Below are positions 57,949-64,000 of a stretch of 64,000 nucleotides of DNA, one piece after another (position 1 is the first letter of the stretch; every line of letters starts with the position of its first letter). Source of the DNA: a virus. Under the pieces are notes generated by a model. That model saw nothing but the letters and a program-made list of their open reading frames with translations. It was not told where the DNA came from and did no database searches. The translations under genes were made by a program, and so were the position numbers. The stretch lies in the IMG/VR virus record IMGVR_UViG_3300034061_002899; one strand, 5' to 3'.

Positions 57949-58077
57949 ATGACTAAATTACTAGTAGGTTTTATTCTTGGTATCGTTGTTTCAACTGTCG
58001 GCTTTAGTGGTATTGCTAGAATGGCTGACAACGGTGTTAACAAGATTAAAGAAGTAACGGTAGAACAGGTGAAGTAA
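57949..58077 (+). CDS. Small membrane protein (42 aa, not in the track)
   Basis: MTKLLVGFILGIVVSTVGFSGIARMADNGV... Confidence 0.55.
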   Translation: MTKLLVGFILGIVVSTVGFSGIARMADNGVNKIKEVTVEQVK

Positions 58078-58506
58078 ATGGGACTAGATATGTATGCTTA
58101 TGTTGCCAGCAAGAAAGGTCAACAAAGTGAATATTATGAAACTGCCGAGTTTGATAAGACAGTTAATGAATTTGTAAGCACTACTGTTACTAAGCCACAC
58201 GAACTTGCTTATTGGCGTAAGCATCCTAACTTGCATGGTTGGATGGAACAACTATGGATTAGTAAAGGTCGTCCAAGGCAAAGTGTCGCTTGGCCGGTGT
58301 TCAACGGGATTGAACTTGAATTAACATGGGATGACTTAGATAAACTTGAACGAGATATTCGTCAAGGTAGACTTCCTAATACAGAAGGTTTCTTCTTTGG
58401 TAATCCTAGTGATAATTATTACTATGAACAAGACCTTGAGTTTGTTAACAACGCTAAGGCAGAAGTGTTCTTAGGATTGAAAGTATTTTATAACAGTAGT
58501 TGGTAA
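58078..58506 (+). CDS. Phage hypothetical protein (MGLDMY...YWRKH..LHGW...GFFFG...Y.SSW)
   Basis: Motif pattern recognised from phage proteins. Confidence 0.75.
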   Translation: MGLDMYAYVASKKGQQSEYYETAEFDKTVNEFVSTTVTKPHELAYWRKHPNLHGWMEQLWISKGRPRQSVAWPVFNGIELELTWDDLDKLERDIRQGRLPNTEGFFFGNPSDNYYYEQDLEFVNNAKAEVFLGLKVFYNSSW

Positions 58507-58666
58507 TGTATATAACAAACAAATACGATTCGGTTAGGTTGCCATATAGCGAAGAAATGTTAGAATGGCTATTGGCAACTTATCCGAAATCTGAGTATAG
58601 AGTGGTTATATTGGAAGAACAACATTTATAGCTAAATACGCTACGAGGTATAGCGTGTTTCCCAAA

Positions 58667-58885
58667 ATGTTTAAAAATATAATTATAACTATCTTAACAA
58701 TAATGTTAATGTTTGTTTGGCTGACGTCCGATCTGGAAAGTGATTATTATAATCTGGATGATGTTACTATTGAATATAAATGTAGTGTAATTAGAGAGTA
58801 CAAAAATATTCCGCCCGAAGTTCTTGAGGAATGTAGGAGACGGAAAAACATAACCGAAGATGTTGACAACAAAACATCGGTGTGA
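58667..58885 (+). CDS. Small membrane-anchored protein
   Basis: TM helix followed by Y.C......PPEV.EECR. Confidence 0.55.
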   Translation: MFKNIIITILTIMLMFVWLTSDLESDYYNLDDVTIEYKCSVIREYKNIPPEVLEECRRRKNITEDVDNKTSV

Positions 58886-58891
58886 TATAAT
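58863..58891 (+). promoter_or_regulatory. Sigma70 promoter TTGACA-17-TATAAT
   Basis: Perfect consensus upstream of the ligase gene. Confidence 0.8.
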
Positions 58892-58919
58892 TTACAAATT
58901 ATTAACTTAAGGAACTTTC

Positions 58920-60257
58920 ATGTCAGCCTCATGGATTCGTAAACTAAATGAATCAGATAGCCGCCTTCATAAAGAAGATGTACTCAAACAAGCATTAGAG
59001 GCAAGTGTCCTTGGTAGCAGTAATGCTATCAATTTCTTGTCATTTGTAAAAGCATGTTACAATCCTTACGTTACCTTTGGTGTTCGTCAAGTACCAGACA
59101 CAACAGGTATCGTTGATGCAGAAAATCCCTGGGATGAGTTTAATGAGTTGATGCTACAACTTAGTCAACGTAGATTAACAGGTCATGCCGCACGTGATGC
59201 CATTCAAAGTACGGCTGAACGATTTGATAGTGATGAATGGAATACATTCTTAGCACCAGTATTGCGTAGAGACTTACGTGCTGGTATTAGTGACAAAACA
59301 ATCAATAAGATTTGTAAGAAAACAGCTTACGAAATTCCAATCTTTGGTTGTCAACTTGCTACTAATAGTGAAGGTCGTCCTGAGATGAAAAGTATCAAAC
59401 GCCTTGAGCCTAAGTTAGATGGCGTTCGTATGTTGTTGATGGTTATCCCAAGTGATTTTGGCGATGTTACTACTATCTGTTTTAGTCGTAATGGCAAACA
59501 GTTTGATAACTTTGGTCACATTGAAGAACAGGTTCGCAGTAACTGGATCAAGATGGTTCGCAAAGCCGGAACAAGTAACTTAAGCATGGGCTTTGTGCTT
59601 GACGGTGAGGTTATTGGTAATAGCTTCCAAGAACTGATGCGACAAGCACGCCGTAAAGAAAATGCTCAGGCAGAAGATAGCGTGTTCAACGTGTTTGACA
59701 TTCTACCGCTTGATGCTTTCCGTGAAGGTCATTGGAATAGTCAACTTGAAAAGCGCATTAAGATATTAGAAGATATGCGTCCAGTAATTGATAACATGCC
59801 TAATGTTGAATTACTGCCACACATCATGGTTGACTTAGATACAGCCGCTGGTCGTGACCAGTTGGATCGTTATGCTAAGGATCAAGTTAATCTAGGCTTT
59901 GAAGGCATTATGATTAAAGAATTACAAGCACCATATATCTGCAAACGTAGCACAGATTGGATGAAGTGGAAGCCAACTATTACTGTAGATTTAGAGGTCG
60001 TGGGCATTGAAGAAGGTACTGGTAGAAACTTAGGAAGACTTGGAGCACTTGTTTGTCATGGAATCGATGATGGAAAAGAAATCACAGTCAATGTGGGTAG
60101 TGGCTTTAGTGACGGTGATAGAGATGATTATTGGACTAACCGCAATTTGGTCATTGGTCGCACTGCTGAAGTATTGTGTGATGTGATTACCCAGAATCAA
60201 GATGGTACTTACAGTTTGCGTTTCCCCAGATTTGTTCGTTTCCGTGACGATAAATGA
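58920..60257 (+). CDS. lig: ATP-dependent DNA ligase
   Basis: KLDGVR, SRNGK, LDGE, FD, EGIMIK, W.K.K, GSGF and LRFPRF..FR.DK motifs. Confidence 0.96.
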   Translation: MSASWIRKLNESDSRLHKEDVLKQALEASVLGSSNAINFLSFVKACYNPYVTFGVRQVPDTTGIVDAENPWDEFNELMLQLSQRRLTGHAARDAIQSTAERFDSDEWNTFLAPVLRRDLRAGISDKTINKICKKTAYEIPIFGCQLATNSEGRPEMKSIKRLEPKLDGVRMLLMVIPSDFGDVTTICFSRNGKQFDNFGHIEEQVRSNWIKMVRKAGTSNLSMGFVLDGEVIGNSFQELMRQARRKENAQAEDSVFNVFDILPLDAFREGHWNSQLEKRIKILEDMRPVIDNMPNVELLPHIMVDLDTAAGRDQLDRYAKDQVNLGFEGIMIKELQAPYICKRSTDWMKWKPTITVDLEVVGIEEGTGRNLGRLGALVCHGIDDGKEITVNVGSGFSDGDRDDYWTNRNLVIGRTAEVLCDVITQNQDGTYSLRFPRFVRFRDDK

Positions 60258-60282
60258 TAAAATAACTTATTAGGAGAATACT

Positions 60283-60810
60283 ATGGTAACAATTGTTAAA
60301 CATGAATGGCATCAACACGATAGACAATATGCTATTGAACTTGATGAATCACTATTAAGTGAAATCTATCCTGATAAGGAAGAAGATGAGATTAAAGTAA
60401 TACTAGAAGGTATTGCTGACGGCACTTATGATTATGAAGATGTACTCAATGACGCCTACGAGAATGATGTAGAGATTGAATGGGACTTCCAGTATGATGA
60501 CTGTTGGACTGACCGCAAAGGTGGATACGATGTTACCTACGAACTAGGTGATGAATCTAGTTGGGTAGAGCCTGATAAAGAACCAGAACCAACACACAAA
60601 TGTACCAAGTGTAAATGGAAGGGTCAGTATTATGATGCCGATTGGCAATGGGAAGATAGTGCGGGTAACGAGTTTGATGAAGCCAAACATGTTTGCCCAA
60701 TGTGCGAGTCTGACCTTGAACTAACCGAACATGGTTTAGTAGAGGAAGAAGCAAAAAAGAAACGCATGGCAGAAATTGATGCTATGTTTAACGAAGAAGA
60801 GGAAGAGTAA
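60283..60810 (+). CDS. Acidic protein with Zn-ribbon
   Basis: CTKC...CPMC. Confidence 0.7.
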   Translation: MVTIVKHEWHQHDRQYAIELDESLLSEIYPDKEEDEIKVILEGIADGTYDYEDVLNDAYENDVEIEWDFQYDDCWTDRKGGYDVTYELGDESSWVEPDKEPEPTHKCTKCKWKGQYYDADWQWEDSAGNEFDEAKHVCPMCESDLELTEHGLVEEEAKKKRMAEIDAMFNEEEEE

Positions 60811-60811
60811 A

Positions 60812-61321
60812 ATGGCAACATGGTCAGTAAAACCAACATGGAAGAAATCAATCCTTGAACGTAATTACCTGTCAAAGGATGATAACCGAGTTATGATTGA
60901 AACTGGTTGGCGTTGGGGTGAATTCACAGTTGAAACTGATGATGACAATCCTCCGAACATTGAAGCAGGTGTTAATATCTATGACTGTGGATATGAATCT
61001 GAATTAGTAGAGACTAATGATGGTTGCTGGGAAGAACATGACATGGATGATTGTGATGAAGAAACCCAAGAATGGCTAGAAGAATTTTTTGACGAAGGCA
61101 ACAGTTGGCTCGATTTAGAAGAACATGGCTGGAGCCAAGACGAATGTGAAATGATTATTGATTGTGATTTAGAAATTACAAGAATCAATGACGATGGTTC
61201 TGAAGGTGAAACTATTACTACTGGTATGGATGAAGAAACTCAAAAGAGTAGAGAACTTCCGCTTAAGCTAGAACCACAAGCAGTTTGGCCCTTTGAAAAG
61301 CCTAACAAAGATATTGAATAA
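60812..61321 (+). CDS. Acidic hypothetical protein, likely paralog of 28294-28779
   Basis: KP.WKKSI, WRWG and AVWPF. Confidence 0.7.
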   Translation: MATWSVKPTWKKSILERNYLSKDDNRVMIETGWRWGEFTVETDDDNPPNIEAGVNIYDCGYESELVETNDGCWEEHDMDDCDEETQEWLEEFFDEGNSWLDLEEHGWSQDECEMIIDCDLEITRINDDGSEGETITTGMDEETQKSRELPLKLEPQAVWPFEKPNKDIE

Positions 61322-61545
61322 TGGAACAAGACATTAATAACTATGTAGGTAAGTCTTACACGTTTGAAGATGGCAATAAAATTGAAATCATTCAAGTAAG
61401 AATGGTTGATGAGCAGAGGTGTGGCCCATCAGTCACTTACTTTATTCATCAAGGTCGTGGCATACCACAAAAACTAATTATGCCTTTGGAACCCTTCATT
61501 GAATTGTATGGCCATTTATTCGAAGATAATCCATCAACAGAATAG
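61321..61545 (+). CDS. Hypothetical protein
   Basis: TAATG-coupled ORF. Confidence 0.6.
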   Translation: MEQDINNYVGKSYTFEDGNKIEIIQVRMVDEQRCGPSVTYFIHQGRGIPQKLIMPLEPFIELYGHLFEDNPSTE

Positions 61546-61558
61546 ACTAAATACTTAG

Positions 61559-63169
61559 ATGTTTAATAGAATATTTACTTTTTCCAACCTTACACTATTG
61601 GTAGCATTGACACTTAGTTCAGTGGCAGCTTACTATAGTATCATCGGGTTAACAGCTATCTTTGCAGGTGCGGTTATTCCTGTTATCATCATGGGTACAA
61701 TACTTGAAGTAGGCAAGATCACTACAACAGTATGGCTACGTAAATACTGGAACCGTGCAGGCTTCTTGCTCAAGCTATACTTAGTACCTGCTGTTATCGC
61801 ATTAGCATTGCTTACCTCTATGGGTATCTTTGGCTTCTTGTCAAAAGCACACATGGATCAAGGCATCACATCAGGTGATAGCCAAGCCAAATTATCATTG
61901 TACGATGAAAAAATTAAAACACAACGAGACAACATTGAGTTAGCCCGCAAAGCACTAACTCAAATGGATAATCAAGTTGATCAACGATTAAGTCGTGGTG
62001 ATAGTGAGAATAGTGCTGAACGTGCCGTACAAATTCGTAGACAACAAGCCGGTGAACGTACTAAGTTACAAAAAGAAATTGGTGATGCTCAAAAAGAAAT
62101 TGCTAAACTAAATGAGGAACGAGCACCTATTGCGGCAGAGAATCGTAAGATAGAAGCAGAAGTTGGCCCTATCAAATATATTGCCGCACTAATATACGGT
62201 GACGATGCTGATAACAATACACTTGAATCTGCTGTTCGTTGGGTTATTATTTTATTGGTTATTGTATTTGATCCATTAGCTATTGCACTTGTACTTGCCG
62301 CTAACGCAAGTAAAGAATGGGATAAAGAAAAACCAAAATATGAAGAAGATGATGGTCCATTAACTGACGAGCAGATTGATCAGATAAAAGATTCGGTAGA
62401 AGTGCCCGATAATTTAGTAGTTAAAGACGATGCATTATTCAAATCACTTTCAGTGACCAATGAAGAGGAAGAAGCATTTAAATCACTGGAACCAAAAGGT
62501 AGTGATCCTACAATAAACTGCTATATGTGTGGCACTGAGTTAATTAATGCCCCCGGTATAGGACCATTCTGCCCCAATAAGGCGTGTGATGTTAGTGATG
62601 GTCCTTTTGAAGAACCAGAAGAACAACCAAAATCATTACTAGAACAACATCCTTACTTAACTAAACCTTTTGTTAGTTTTGTTGTTAAACCAATGGTAGC
62701 TCCTAAAGAAGAACCTTCTAAAGAACTTACAGTAGACTCTACTAAACCAATTGATATCGTAACAGAGGGTGTTACTACCCGAAAACCATTCAAAGACCTC
62801 GAAGGTGGTTATGTTACGTATGAGGGTAGACACATGCACCGTGATGTGTTAATGGGTTCTCACCCTGAGATATTTAAATTAGTAGCAGATTCGGCAAGAT
62901 CAGCTAATACTAGCTTTGGAACTGAGTTCCCAAAAATGGCAGAAAAGGGTGATACCTTTGTTCGTGTTGATGTATTGCCAAACCGTGTATATAAATTTGA
63001 TGGAACCAGATGGATTATGGTCAACAAAGACACATCCAAAAGTTACATACATGACCAAGAATATATCAAGTACCTAGTATCCAAAATAGAATCGGGCGAG
63101 TATGATATTGAGTTGTTGAATGATTCCGAAAAGCAACAAATCGAAGAATACTTGACCAAAAAGTCTTGA
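61559..63169 (+). CDS. Membrane protein with coiled coil and C-terminal soluble domain
   Basis: 3 N-terminal TM segments, coiled coil, GPIKYIA, TM VFDPLA, CxxC..C..C. Confidence 0.75.
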   Translation: MFNRIFTFSNLTLLVALTLSSVAAYYSIIGLTAIFAGAVIPVIIMGTILEVGKITTTVWLRKYWNRAGFLLKLYLVPAVIALALLTSMGIFGFLSKAHMDQGITSGDSQAKLSLYDEKIKTQRDNIELARKALTQMDNQVDQRLSRGDSENSAERAVQIRRQQAGERTKLQKEIGDAQKEIAKLNEERAPIAAENRKIEAEVGPIKYIAALIYGDDADNNTLESAVRWVIILLVIVFDPLAIALVLAANASKEWDKEKPKYEEDDGPLTDEQIDQIKDSVEVPDNLVVKDDALFKSLSVTNEEEEAFKSLEPKGSDPTINCYMCGTELINAPGIGPFCPNKACDVSDGPFEEPEEQPKSLLEQHPYLTKPFVSFVVKPMVAPKEEPSKELTVDSTKPIDIVTEGVTTRKPFKDLEGGYVTYEGRHMHRDVLMGSHPEIFKLVADSARSANTSFGTEFPKMAEKGDTFVRVDVLPNRVYKFDGTRWIMVNKDTSKSYIHDQEYIKYLVSKIESGEYDIELLNDSEKQQIEEYLTKKS

Positions 63170-63194
63170 AAAAAACTCCAGTTTAGTTTATAAT
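63166..63194 (+). promoter_or_regulatory. Sigma70-type promoter TTGAAA-17-TATAAT
   Basis: Upstream of the lipoprotein gene. Confidence 0.6.
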
Positions 63195-63223
63195 AATAAC
63201 ATTATTAACTACTGGAGTATCCC

Positions 63224-63856
63224 ATGAAAAAACTAATTGTTTGTGCAACTGTACTAGCCTTAACTGGTTGCGGCAGTTTTAGTAAAAAGAATAACGAACC
63301 TGAACAAATTCGTAATCAAAAACTTTCAACTTCTTTCAAAAATGATACTATTCGTATTGAAACAGATTGCGCTTGGTATAAGCCATTCAAAAGCGAGTGT
63401 GATGTAGTTTCTATTGAGGCAACTGCTACAGCTGCCAGTAATGGTAATACTGATAGTAATCGGCGTACTGCATTAATTCGTGCAGGAGATCGTGCCCGTG
63501 CTAGTGTTCGTCACTTCATTCAGGAAGACTTGAATAGCACACGTACACAAACTACACTTGCTAAGAACGTTGAAAAAGCAAGCGATAGATTGAAATCATC
63601 CACTGTTAACGGTGAGACGGTAGCAATGAGTGATACTGATGCTGAAAAGGATTCAAGCCATAGTATTCGCACTAATAGCAATGACACCGCTTATCAATTG
63701 CAAGAATCTATCCGTGTTAACGCTACCGGTATCTTGCGTGGTTTCCATGTAATTAAACAAGAAGTTACTGGTAATCAGGAAGTTAGTGTAACGATACGAT
63801 GGGACAAGGGTTCTGAACAAACCGCTAATATTCTGCGTAAAAAATTCGGTAACTAA
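63224..63856 (+). CDS. Lipoprotein (LPP20-like)
   Basis: Lipobox LTGC; A...A.DRA and G.LRG motifs. Confidence 0.7.
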   Translation: MKKLIVCATVLALTGCGSFSKKNNEPEQIRNQKLSTSFKNDTIRIETDCAWYKPFKSECDVVSIEATATAASNGNTDSNRRTALIRAGDRARASVRHFIQEDLNSTRTQTTLAKNVEKASDRLKSSTVNGETVAMSDTDAEKDSSHSIRTNSNDTAYQLQESIRVNATGILRGFHVIKQEVTGNQEVSVTIRWDKGSEQTANILRKKFGN

Positions 63857-63858
63857 AA

Positions 63859-64000
63859 ATGAGACTGCTATTAATAGCGGCTTGTTTATTCATTACGAAT
63901 GCATTTGCGAATGACTACATACGAGTAGTCGGTACAGGTCCTACATTAGAACTTGCAAAAGAAAATGCATTTCGTGAAGCAATAATGATCCGTGTTGGTA
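63859..64000 (+). CDS. Exported protein, 3'-truncated (LPP20/FlgT-N-like start)
   Basis: Signal peptide, then V.G.G.T...A..NAF..AI...VG. Confidence 0.55.
   Translation, partial: MRLLLIAACLFITNAFANDYIRVVGTGPTLELAKENAFREAIMIRVG

Noticed and set aside
87-62839. Short antisense or alternate-frame ORFs in the track (for example 87-278, 830-1018, 1025-1357, 9080-9313, 17167-17361, 44992-45375, 51722-51997)
   Set aside because: They are shadows of longer motif-bearing genes and have no RBS or recognisable motifs.

Overview
The window is a 64 kb, AT-rich, gene-dense segment of a large T4-like (myovirus-type) dsDNA phage genome. It has no rRNA, tRNA or CRISPR array that I can support. The host is probably a betaproteobacterium; this is inferred from a Bug/TctC-type gene and a DUF3563-like gene. 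From left to right it carries: (1) a 5'-truncated repeat-rich tail-fibre-like gene; (2) putative virion-internal proteins built from modules joined by (Q/E)GVAEG-type linkers; (3) Dps, a thermonuclease and a methyltransferase/Bug/sulfotransferase-like/dioxygenase-like unit followed by a structured non-coding element; (4) TilS-like, DsbA-like, family B DNA polymerase and sliding clamp genes; (5) a 7-deazaguanine DNA-modification region (TGT/DpdA-like, QueD-like DpdL-type, FolE, QueD, QueE; no QueC seen) mixed with glycosyltransferases, nucleotidyltransferases, an APS-kinase fusion, SGNH-like proteins and an R67/DfrB-type DHFR; (6) a minus-strand block of proteins with capsid-targeting-like N-termini (ParB-like, SOD, ART-like, gp88-like); (7) UvsE, RNase H, an array of repeated sigma70 promoter-gene cassettes, DNA ligase and membrane/lipoprotein genes. 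The strongest leads are a riboswitch-like pseudoknot plus anti-RBS hairpin directly upstream of queD, the QueC-less deazaguanine pathway with adjacent glycosyltransferases, and the linker-delimited virion polyprotein system. All family calls come from recognising motifs by eye; no database search was run.
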